Source: a virus (lineage: Duplodnaviria > Caudoviricetes). Taken from it: a stretch of DNA of 64,000 nucleotides. Shown here one piece after another: positions 54,633 through 62,465 of this stretch (position 1 is its first letter; each line of letters begins with the position of its first letter). The position numbers and the translations under genes are program-made. The stretch lies in IMG/VR virus record IMGVR_UViG_2825118518_000002, positions 32,001 through 96,000 of that record, one strand, 5' to 3'. The notes under the pieces are model-generated. The model ran no database searches. It saw only the letters and a program-made list of their open reading frames with translations, and was not told where the DNA came from.

Positions 54633-56188
54633 GATTGCGCCGCCGAAGCCGGCGGCAGTTTCAGGTTTGTCTTTGCGGGCAGGTTGACCTTGGGAGCGGC
54701 CGAGATGCTCAGCAGTCGCCCGAAGGCGCCGGAACTGGCGTCGACCTGGTCCTTCAGCGCTCCACCGGGGAACATGCAGAGCTCGTCGAGGTAGTCGTCA
54801 TTCCATGCGCCGCGGATCAGGTAGACGTTGCCGGCCTCGCATTGAGCGGCGTATGGCTCGGCTCGGATCACCTTGTCGCCACTTTCGGGCTCAGCTTTCA
54901 CCGTATAGCCTGCCAGCATCTTGACGTAGTCCTGAGCCTGCACCTTGCCCGCCTGACCAGGATCTTGCGGCAGGCTGATGTAGACGCCCTTCCCGTCGAT
55001 CTCAGCGGTGGTCGAGATCAACAGGCGAACTGCGTGGCCTTCGGCTCGATCCTTGGCGACATGAGCGACGACAAACGTTCCGTCTGGCTGCCTACCCATC
55101 TTCACGCCTGCGGTCCTTGCCGAGGTGCTGCGCGCGCTGGCGGCAAGGTCCCAATGACGAACCCAGACAGTTCCGGGCTGCGCCTGGTCAATCATGTTGT
55201 CGGCGAACCATTCGCGCTTGAACATGCCGCCATCACGAGGCGACGGGCGCTGCTGGTACTGGCCGGCCCAAGCATATGTGCCCTTGCTCTTCTTGAGCCG
55301 CTCGACCTCGTCGCGAGGGAAGCGCTCGGGAAAGAGCAGTTCGCCTTCGACCTTGCGAGGATCTTCAAAGAACAGCTTGCCATCGACATAGGTCCGGCAC
55401 GGGCCGCCGGTCTTCTTGCCCCCGACGATGCGCTCCGACTCGAACTCCATCGGCAGGTTGAGATGGATGAATCCAATATCAAGCTCAAGCGCCACGCCGG
55501 CTACGTCCTGCATGTGCAGGCGCTGCATGATGATGGCGATCGCCGATTTGGTCACATCGTTCAGGCGGTCCGAGATACCCTCTCGGAAGATACGAACGCC
55601 ATTGGCGCGCTCGGTATCGCTCTCGGCCGTCTCGGTCGAATGCGGGTCGTCTATCTTCACGCGGTCGCCACGACCGCCTGTCATGGAGCCGAAAGGGCGA
55701 GCTTCGCTGAAGCCGTTGCCGACGTTCTCGAATTTCCCCTTTGCGTTCTGGTCGTCCCGGAGCTTCAGTGGCCAGAGCGTCTGGAACTTCGCGCTCTCGA
55801 TGATCCGGCGAAGCTTGATGTTGTCGCGGAAGATGTTGAGCTGGCTGTAGGAGGTGGCCAACACCTGAATGTCGGGGCGCTCACATGGCCCCCACTCCCA
55901 CGCGGTCCAGAATACCAACAGCAGCGACTTCATCATGCCAGGAGGCACTGTGATCAGCAGAAACTGGATCTGCCCGGCTGTCACGGCCTCCAGATGCTTG
56001 CACATCGCCCGGAGAGCCCATCCGAACCGAAGCTCTCGCTTAGGCTCAAGGATAGGCCAGAACTCCTGTATGAAGCCTTCCAAGGTCTGGCATCGCGCAC
56101 GAATGATTTCCGCGTCCTGGGCAATCCTCTGCCGTTCAGCGGTAGCAGCCCGTCTAGCTCTCTCCTCCCGTATCGCCTTCATCATCAT
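54620..56188 (-). CDS. Terminase large subunit
   Basis: VPPGMMKS Walker A, IDDPH, AGQYQQRP, DQVDA. Confidence 0.93.
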   Translation of the reverse strand: MMMKAIREERARRAATAERQRIAQDAEIIRARCQTLEGFIQEFWPILEPKRELRFGWALRAMCKHLEAVTAGQIQFLLITVPPGMMKSLLLVFWTAWEWGPCERPDIQVLATSYSQLNIFRDNIKLRRIIESAKFQTLWPLKLRDDQNAKGKFENVGNGFSEARPFGSMTGGRGDRVKIDDPHSTETAESDTERANGVRIFREGISDRLNDVTKSAIAIIMQRLHMQDVAGVALELDIGFIHLNLPMEFESERIVGGKKTGGPCRTYVDGKLFFEDPRKVEGELLFPERFPRDEVERLKKSKGTYAWAGQYQQRPSPRDGGMFKREWFADNMIDQAQPGTVWVRHWDLAASARSTSARTAGVKMGRQPDGTFVVAHVAKDRAEGHAVRLLISTTAEIDGKGVYISLPQDPGQAGKVQAQDYVKMLAGYTVKAEPESGDKVIRAEPYAAQCEAGNVYLIRGAWNDDYLDELCMFPGGALKDQVDASSGAFGRLLSISAAPKVNLPAKTNLKLPPASAAQSWMK

Positions 56189-56639
56189 CGCCGGCGGTAC
56201 CGGCAATCGGACCGAGGATAGTTTCGAGGCGCGAGAGGTCATCTTCACTCAGGTGCGAGAGATCGACTGTCTGGATCGGGCCGCCATTGGCGCCGGTGTG
56301 CTGATGTTTCGATGGGGCATAGCTGCCCTGCATCTTGTTCGCCTCTGCAATGGCAGAGATGGCCGTACGGCGATCATCCTTGGCGGAGGCATCATAGATA
56401 GCCTTGAGAGCGATAAGCCTGTCAGCGGCGCTCCATTCGGCTTTGTCGGCCACTCTGGACTTGATCTCGGCAACTCGGGCTCGGATGCTATCTTTTGCGC
56501 TCAGCCTGGCGGCATTGCTGCGGTGGGGCGAGAAGCCGGCGGATGCATAAGCGTCGTCAGCGGTGCCACCCTTCGCAAGGGCTTGAGCAAACGCCTCATG
56601 CTTTGAGTTGCGAAGGACCGGCAATGGCTCAACCTTCAA
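56154..56639 (-). CDS. Terminase small subunit
   Basis: KHEAFAQ, AY..AGF, HTGANGGPI. Confidence 0.88.
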   Translation of the reverse strand: MKVEPLPVLRNSKHEAFAQALAKGGTADDAYASAGFSPHRSNAARLSAKDSIRARVAEIKSRVADKAEWSAADRLIALKAIYDASAKDDRRTAISAIAEANKMQGSYAPSKHQHTGANGGPIQTVDLSHLSEDDLSRLETILGPIAGTAGDDDEGDTGGES

Positions 56640-57429
56640 ACGTCATGTTGTTCTGGGCGCAGTAGCGACGGAATGCCGCCTCATGGAGTTCGCCCGGCTT
56701 CATGTCGATCGAATGGCCCATGGTGCCACCCTTCCATGAACCCTTGCGGCGCCCTGTCTCGCCCGAGAATTCGATATCGAGAGAGCGTCGGATCTTGGCG
56801 GGTCGGAAGAGCGAGAGCCATTTGAAGTAGCCCTCGCCGAACTTCCATTCCCGCTCTTCGATGCGCGTAACTGCCTTCAGGTCCTCGCCGTCGAAATCTT
56901 TGAAGGCGAATGTGCGCGCCGGGCATTCTTCCTTTGCTCGACGGGCCGGCTCGAAGTCGTATCGCTCGCCGGGCTTGCGCTGCTGCTCAGTCCAGAAGTG
57001 GCCGCCTGACAGGTCATAGAGGCTGTGACGAACGAAGCGCCACTGCGTCCACGGCAGGAAATAGCCCTTGCTGCGGTCTGTAGTGCTGTCGCCGGTCGAG
57101 CGTCCGAGCTTCAGCTGCAGAAAGCCTTCGCTATAGGAGAAGCCGAAGACGCGTTCGTCCGTCTGTGTGTAGCCCTGTCGACCGTCTGGACGGACATGCG
57201 CCCAATGCTGGCCGGTCAGATCCACCCACTCCGAATGGGGCTTGATTATCTGCGGCAGGCTGACAATCAGGGTGAAGCCGTAGCAGCTGAACCGGGCAAA
57301 GCATCCGCCCTCGTCATCGTCATCACCGCCGGAGCTGATGAGCAGCGCGAGGTGTTTGTATTTCCGATCGATGGCAAACAGGAATGGCCCGAGGTGGCGA
57401 TCATTGTCGCCCCAGCGTCTTGCGTACAT
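56629..57429 (-). CDS. Conserved phage hypothetical protein
   Basis: Aromatic-rich, KGSWKGGT; RBS AAGGA. Confidence 0.75.
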   Translation of the reverse strand: MYARRWGDNDRHLGPFLFAIDRKYKHLALLISSGGDDDDEGGCFARFSCYGFTLIVSLPQIIKPHSEWVDLTGQHWAHVRPDGRQGYTQTDERVFGFSYSEGFLQLKLGRSTGDSTTDRSKGYFLPWTQWRFVRHSLYDLSGGHFWTEQQRKPGERYDFEPARRAKEECPARTFAFKDFDGEDLKAVTRIEEREWKFGEGYFKWLSLFRPAKIRRSLDIEFSGETGRRKGSWKGGTMGHSIDMKPGELHEAAFRRYCAQNNMTFEG

Positions 57430-57529
57430 ATTGAGATCCTTTGTCGGAAGGATGGGGAGGAAGGCGGGGCCGACACCCCGCCAACCCGTTGCGCAACCTG
57501 TGTCGGCTATGTCGGCGCCGATTGATGGA

Positions 57530-58105
57530 TCAGTACAGCAGCGCGACCGGGCCGCGAGCAGCGGTGTAGGTCGTCGGCGGGGTGATTGCAGCGCCGGTGC
57601 CGAACGTACCGGTTGCCGAGCCGGTGAGCAGCGGCGTGGACGGCGCGTTGTACTGGGCAAAGCGGGCCGTGGTGCCGTTGAGCTGCAGGGCGATGAAGTA
57701 GGTGCCGGGCTGGGCATTGTAGGGCGCCGTGAAGGCGATGCGCTGATAGGTGCCGGCGGTGCCGACCAGAGTGCCGGCCGTTGCCGAGGTGGCGACCAGT
57801 GCGCCGGTGGAGTCGTGAAGCTCGACGATCGCATTGTCCGTGCCGCCGGTCGCGCCGATCAGGAACTGGACGCCGGTGATCTGCTGGGCAACGCCGATCG
57901 ATGTCGAGACATAATAGCGGGTGCCGGAGACCGGGGTGGCGCTGACGTTGTTGGCGAGCATGTTCATGACGGCAGCCAGATGCACCAGGGATGCCGCTGC
58001 AGTGATTGGCAGAGAGCCGGTGGCATTGGTCGTGTCGAGCAGGGTTTTTTCCGAGCCGTAGAGCGGGCCGATCGAGGGCACGCCATTGGTGAGAAGACCG
58101 GACAT
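57530..58105 (-). CDS. Thr/Gly/Ala-rich probable virion protein
   Basis: High GC3 like structural genes, beta-rich. Confidence 0.7.
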   Translation of the reverse strand: MSGLLTNGVPSIGPLYGSEKTLLDTTNATGSLPITAAASLVHLAAVMNMLANNVSATPVSGTRYYVSTSIGVAQQITGVQFLIGATGGTDNAIVELHDSTGALVATSATAGTLVGTAGTYQRIAFTAPYNAQPGTYFIALQLNGTTARFAQYNAPSTPLLTGSATGTFGTGAAITPPTTYTAARGPVALLY

Positions 58106-58131
58106 TGGTGATTTTCCTTTCGGTTGCAAAG

Positions 58132-58151
58132 AAAAAGGCGCTCAAGGCGCC
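58132..58151 (-). terminator. Rho-independent terminator
   Basis: GGCGC-CTTGA-GCGCC-TTTTT. Confidence 0.7.
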
Positions 58152-58388
58152 CGCGTCATCCGGTCTTGCCGGAATTGGAATTTAGCCCAGCTTGCCTGCT
58201 TGCACCGGTAATGAGCTTGCCCGCTACGGCGCCGGTGTTCCTCTTCGATACGAGCATGGCCTTGTCATCTGGTCGCTGGTTGGGCCCGGCAGGAGTACCG
58301 CCGCAGCGGTGTGGAATATTATTTCAGAGAGGCTTTATCCGGCCGGTGGGCCGGTGCCATTTCGCGGCTAATGAGCGATATGAATTTT

Positions 58389-58646
58389 CTACAAAAGCAC
58401 GCCGTGAGAAGGCACCAAAGGAACGTCCCCGCTGCTCGTGGTCTGGACATAGCCGCCCGCTTGCGCTGGATTCCATGTGAAATAGTCATCGAGAGCCGGA
58501 AGGATGACGCCGCCTGGGATAAGGCCAGTGGGCGCGACGTATTTGCGCGTAACCTTCCCGATCTTGCAATGGCGGATGACGGCGTTAAGCCGGTTTTCGA
58601 GCTGCTGGCCGCGGTAGTCTTCATCGATGATGACTGTGTGGCTCAT
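58389..58646 (-). CDS. Hypothetical protein
   Basis: RBS GAGGAG. Confidence 0.7.
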   Translation of the reverse strand: MSHTVIIDEDYRGQQLENRLNAVIRHCKIGKVTRKYVAPTGLIPGGVILPALDDYFTWNPAQAGGYVQTTSSGDVPLVPSHGVLL

Positions 58647-58756
58647 CTCGCTCTCCTCACCAAACGCAGGGATCTTCACAAACCAGCTTGGCGCCGATCT
58701 TCAGGCGGATCTTGCCTATGCGGCAGTGCCAGTATTGGGTGCGCAAGAGGTGCATG

Positions 58757-58972
58757 TCAGTCTCGCGGCGTGCCGTCAGGATGGCGGGTGACGGCGACGT
58801 TGGCCCACATGGCGTTGGAGCGATGGTTGCGGATGACGAACGTCTTATCTGGGCCGTCAGGCAGGATCTCAGCGAGAGCCATACCATAGACTGCGGCAGC
58901 TTCACGAAGCTTTGCCATTGCGGCCTTCTGCTCTTCGGTCGGCAGAAGGTATTCGTATGTCGAAGGATGCAT
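58757..58972 (-). CDS. Acb2/Tad1-like helical hairpin protein
   Basis: YEYLLPTEEQ...LPDGPDK...AMWANVAV pattern. Confidence 0.62.
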   Translation of the reverse strand: MHPSTYEYLLPTEEQKAAMAKLREAAAVYGMALAEILPDGPDKTFVIRNHRSNAMWANVAVTRHPDGTPRD

Positions 58973-58989
58973 TGTCACTCTCCAAATGG

Positions 58990-59015
58990 AAAACCCCGCC
59001 ATTGCTGACGGGGCT
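58990..59015 (-). terminator. Late-leader terminator (tR'-like)
   Basis: CCCCGTCA-GCAA-TGGCGGGG-TTTT upstream of the late operon. Confidence 0.75.
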
Positions 59016-59213
59016 GACGAGACGACTTCCACGTCTCTCCGGGTATAGCGCTCCCGGTGCTTCTGGACGCCGGGGAGGCCGAAGCCTCACGCGCAACGCG
59101 CTCCCGAACGATTAATGCAATTGGCACCGCCCACCAGATCCTACATCAATACCCCACGTAGAACGCAAGGCTTCGGTTATGGCAGGCGGTAGGCTACACC
59201 CGCGTGTAGCTGT

Positions 59214-59996
59214 CTATGCGGCCTGACGCCTGCGCTCCTCGCGCTCCCGCCGTGCCTGATTTCTTGCCTCAGACCAAGAAAAGTCTCTCGCTTCGAGAAC
59301 ACCGATCGGGCTGAAGGCTGTATCATCCATGATTGACCGCAGGCCTTCTTCGCTAACCGATCCGGCTCCGATCATGTCTGAAATATGCTCGAAAACCTCA
59401 CCAACAGGCAACACCCCGAAAGGGCTACTTACGTTATTGGGTGAGCTTCCCCGAACAAGATGCTGTTCTATAACAGCAATTGCCCGATCCTTTCGACGCG
59501 AACCAGTCATCTCGTGGATGCCTTCCGACTTGCACCATGCGGCGAAGGAGACATCCTTCCTCGTGCGCTTGTGGAACTTAAGCTTTTGCCGTCCGAGCTT
59601 CTTTGATCCGATGCGGATCTTGGTTTGCTGAGCATCGAGCTTGCCGATCTTTGCCCGAGCCCATGCCCATAGAGCGCGTCGGTTGCCTTCGTCGGAGACC
59701 AGAACGATCAGTTCGTTTGCTCGTTCCCATGTCGCAAGGTCGTCGGGTTTCAGCCGCTGGTTCTCCTCGTCCCACCACTTCTGCACCCAGTCTTCGAAGG
59801 GATTGTCGTCGGCGTGCAGCTGCTCGCGGAACTCCCCGAAGCTGACGCCGGTCTTGATCCGCGACTTCACGTCTTCCTCGGTGTGGACGAAGGGAACCCA
59901 TGAGCCTTTGAGCCGCTTCGGGCTGGCGTTGATAGGAAGCCGGCCGTCGATCCATGCCGCCTTGATGAAGAGGTCTGCGATCTCGGTCTTGTTCAC
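59214..59996 (-). CDS. Putative late transcription regulator (Q position)
   Basis: Last early gene before late leader; C-terminal HTH-like region. Confidence 0.5.
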   Translation of the reverse strand: MNKTEIADLFIKAAWIDGRLPINASPKRLKGSWVPFVHTEEDVKSRIKTGVSFGEFREQLHADDNPFEDWVQKWWDEENQRLKPDDLATWERANELIVLVSDEGNRRALWAWARAKIGKLDAQQTKIRIGSKKLGRQKLKFHKRTRKDVSFAAWCKSEGIHEMTGSRRKDRAIAVIEQHLVRGSSPNNVSSPFGVLPVGEVFEHISDMIGAGSVSEEGLRSIMDDTAFSPIGVLEARDFSWSEARNQARREREERRRQAA

Positions 59997-60427
59997 GATA
60001 CTCTCCTGTCGCTGAATAGGTCCGGTTGTGTCGCCCTTGGGCCGAAGGCTATGGCAATGCGCTCGGCCAGCATCCCGACGAGGGCGTAACGCTGATGCTT
60101 CAATGGTCTGGCAATATACTGCAGTTCGCCCACAGGAGCCGCGTCAAAGGCTTTGAGCCATTCGCTGGTATGTTCCTCCACCAGATGGTGATAGGTCTCC
60201 ACGAGGTCGCTACAGGCCCACCAGAGGAATTTATCGAGGTAGGCCGCATTGTTCTCGGTTTCCGCCAACGTGACGAGCACCATGCGGAAATGGCCTTCCC
60301 CCTTGGAGTTGAGAATCCGTTCCATCGTGGTGACAGCGCGCGTCTCCCGAATGCCAGGGTACGCCCGACCGTCAACGATGCGTATGCCGTATTCTTCGCA
60401 AAGGGAGGAGACGCGCGGATCGATCAT
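59993..60427 (-). CDS. Rhizobiophage hypothetical protein
   Basis: Coupled overlaps on both sides. Confidence 0.7.
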   Translation of the reverse strand: MIDPRVSSLCEEYGIRIVDGRAYPGIRETRAVTTMERILNSKGEGHFRMVLVTLAETENNAAYLDKFLWWACSDLVETYHHLVEEHTSEWLKAFDAAPVGELQYIARPLKHQRYALVGMLAERIAIAFGPRATQPDLFSDRRVS

Positions 60428-60636
60428 TTCACTAATCCATTCCGAAAAGCGAACGCCACGAGCGCGGTATCCTTGTAGACGTCGGCCTTCTCCTTCATCC
60501 TCGCCTGATAGGTCCGAACGGTATGCGTCGACAGGGAGAGGATCGCGCTCATCTCCTCCGCGGTCTTGCCTTCGCATAGAAGGTTGAGGACTTCCAATTC
60601 CCGGCGGGTCATATGAACGGTCTGCGGCTCCGTCAT
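60424..60636 (-). CDS. LuxR-type HTH protein
   Basis: TRRELEVLNLLCEGKT..EMSAILSLSTHTV. Confidence 0.88.
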   Translation of the reverse strand: MTEPQTVHMTRRELEVLNLLCEGKTAEEMSAILSLSTHTVRTYQARMKEKADVYKDTALVAFAFRNGLVK

Positions 60637-60959
60637 TGCGTAATCCCCCCCGTTGGAATCTGCAGGATGATCGGCGCCGGACCGTCTATGGTCGGAACGC
60701 GCGGCATTGTGACTTCAGCCCCTGATACCGTGATCCGCTTCACGCGATCAGGATGAAAGACTTTCGGAGGAACCTCATAAGCAACCGGCTCCCGATGTTT
60801 CTGCCTTTCAGGGAAACGTGGGCGGTTACGATGTGCCATGCTGATGACAGTGTTCTTCGTCGAACCCACCACCTCAGCAATGGCACGGGCCGTCAGGCCT
60901 TCACTCCAAAGCTGCTCTGCCTTGGCGATCCGCTCCTCTGTCCAGAACAGTTCGGTCAT
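60633..60959 (-). CDS. GcrA-like HTH protein
   Basis: WTEERI...LWSEGLTARAIA...TKNTVISMAHR. Confidence 0.85.
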   Translation of the reverse strand: MTELFWTEERIAKAEQLWSEGLTARAIAEVVGSTKNTVISMAHRNRPRFPERQKHREPVAYEVPPKVFHPDRVKRITVSGAEVTMPRVPTIDGPAPIILQIPTGGITQ

Positions 60960-61576
60960 GGCGCGCTCTTCCCCCTCCTCGGCCAATGCATGCGACGGGC
61001 AATGAAGCGGATAGAACGATCTGAAACGCGATAGGTGGCATTCATTTCGCTATAGAGCATGCCGCCACGATAGGCCCACTCCAATGAGCGCATGAACGTC
61101 ATTCCAGGTTCCAGAACGAGACGCATCGATGTCTGATCTTCCGTTGGCCTCTGGCCTTTGAATGTTTTGTAGACGCAACTGTGATCGCGCTTCAGAATGC
61201 GGCTGATCTGCAGTTCCTTGAGGCCGAATTTTTCCCGCAATTCCCAAGACAGCATCCGGCGAGCCATCGCAAAGGGGAATAAGTTGAAAGGTGCTACGAT
61301 CTCATCAGCCGTGAACCCAAGTTCCAAAGACCGGCGCCCTAAATATTCCCTCGGCGTCTTCGCGAAGGCCGATGAGACACGGTAGGCAGTGACGTGCGCA
61401 TCGAACCTGTCCGCATCGCTCCATACGAGCCTCACTGGCGGGCGTTCGGTGGGTTTGGGGGCCGGGATAGCCTTCTGCTTATCGATCGCATTCGGCGGGT
61501 TCAGGAGGCGCTGCCGGCGAGCCCATCCCTCGGATAGGTAGGTGGCGACGTCGAAGGATTGAGATTGGATGGTCAT
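60956..61576 (-). CDS. Protein with DnaA C-terminal-like HTH
   Basis: ARRML...LQISRILKRDHSCV. Confidence 0.7.
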   Translation of the reverse strand: MTIQSQSFDVATYLSEGWARRQRLLNPPNAIDKQKAIPAPKPTERPPVRLVWSDADRFDAHVTAYRVSSAFAKTPREYLGRRSLELGFTADEIVAPFNLFPFAMARRMLSWELREKFGLKELQISRILKRDHSCVYKTFKGQRPTEDQTSMRLVLEPGMTFMRSLEWAYRGGMLYSEMNATYRVSDRSIRFIARRMHWPRRGKSAP

Positions 61577-62184
61577 GCACCAATCTCCTTGGAGGCTTCG
61601 GACAGCCAAGCCCAATTTCTGCCTACATGGATATTCGCAATAGTCCCAATCGCCACGCCGAACCGCTTCGCTAGTTTGGTCTGCGTTTCTTTTCCCTTGA
61701 GGGCGATGATTTCGAGGACATCTACCTCTGTAAGCTTTGCCACCCCACTTCGTTCACCTCGGTTGTGCGTGCCGTGAAGCAGCCTGTCTGCATTGTTATC
61801 TGCCGGTGTCTTCCACGATAGGTGCCCAGGCGAAATACATCCTTGGCTGCCCTTGCCGCATGAGTGTGCGGCTTCGTGCTCGGGTGTTGGCGGAGCGCCG
61901 TGAACCAATTCGCAGACGTAGCGGGAGACGACAAAGGGCTTTCCTCCGTTCCAGACCTGTCCATAGCCGCTAGTATTCCTACCAAATGGCCATGTAAGAC
62001 AATCGTCGCCGACATGATGAAGGGCAACTTCGTGGATAAAGCGAAGCGGTTCGCCTTGGAATGTTCCGCCGCCGAGCGGGTCACCATACTTGCGCAATCG
62101 ATCGTAATGAGCACGACAGTAGCGGCTGCCGTGACGCCTCTTACCGCAGTCAGAAATCGAGCATATGCGTTCAATCCTTCTCAT
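61573..62184 (-). CDS. HNH endonuclease
   Basis: CLTWP, AAHSCG...CISPGHLSW, N..D...HGT. Confidence 0.88.
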   Translation of the reverse strand: MRRIERICSISDCGKRRHGSRYCRAHYDRLRKYGDPLGGGTFQGEPLRFIHEVALHHVGDDCLTWPFGRNTSGYGQVWNGGKPFVVSRYVCELVHGAPPTPEHEAAHSCGKGSQGCISPGHLSWKTPADNNADRLLHGTHNRGERSGVAKLTEVDVLEIIALKGKETQTKLAKRFGVAIGTIANIHVGRNWAWLSEASKEIGA

Positions 62185-62465
62185 GCTGATGCTCCCCGGC
62201 GTTCGATCTCGGTGACTTTTCCATTGCGAAAAATCCGCTCAGCTTGGCTCTTGGCCGCAAAGACTACCTCTCCGTCCCTCTTCATCACTCGTTGTTCCAA
62301 CGAATACAGCACGCGCCAGGCGGCGCATTCAGCCGCTTCAGGGGTTTTGAAATATGCCGGCCGGCCCTTTACCTGCACGGTGCGGAATTTCGCCGACCAG
62401 ACTGGCCGGTAATGGCCTTCCCAGCCGTTGATGGTGCCGATGGCGATCGCTGCGGACTGGTTCAT
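62181..62465 (-). CDS. Hypothetical protein
   Basis: RBS GGAGG, coupled. Confidence 0.65.
   Translation of the reverse strand: MNQSAAIAIGTINGWEGHYRPVWSAKFRTVQVKGRPAYFKTPEAAECAAWRVLYSLEQRVMKRDGEVVFAAKSQAERIFRNGKVTEIERRGASA

Noticed and set aside
40884-56221. Long plus-strand ORFs (40884-42641, 45264-46748, 49276-50559, 53253-54794, 54635-56221)
   Set aside because: Antisense shadows of high-GC3 structural genes with no recognisable motifs
58270-58310. tRNA-like 3' end (…CTCCTGCCGGGCCCAACCA on minus strand)
   Set aside because: No TTCGA loop or D-arm; resemblance too weak
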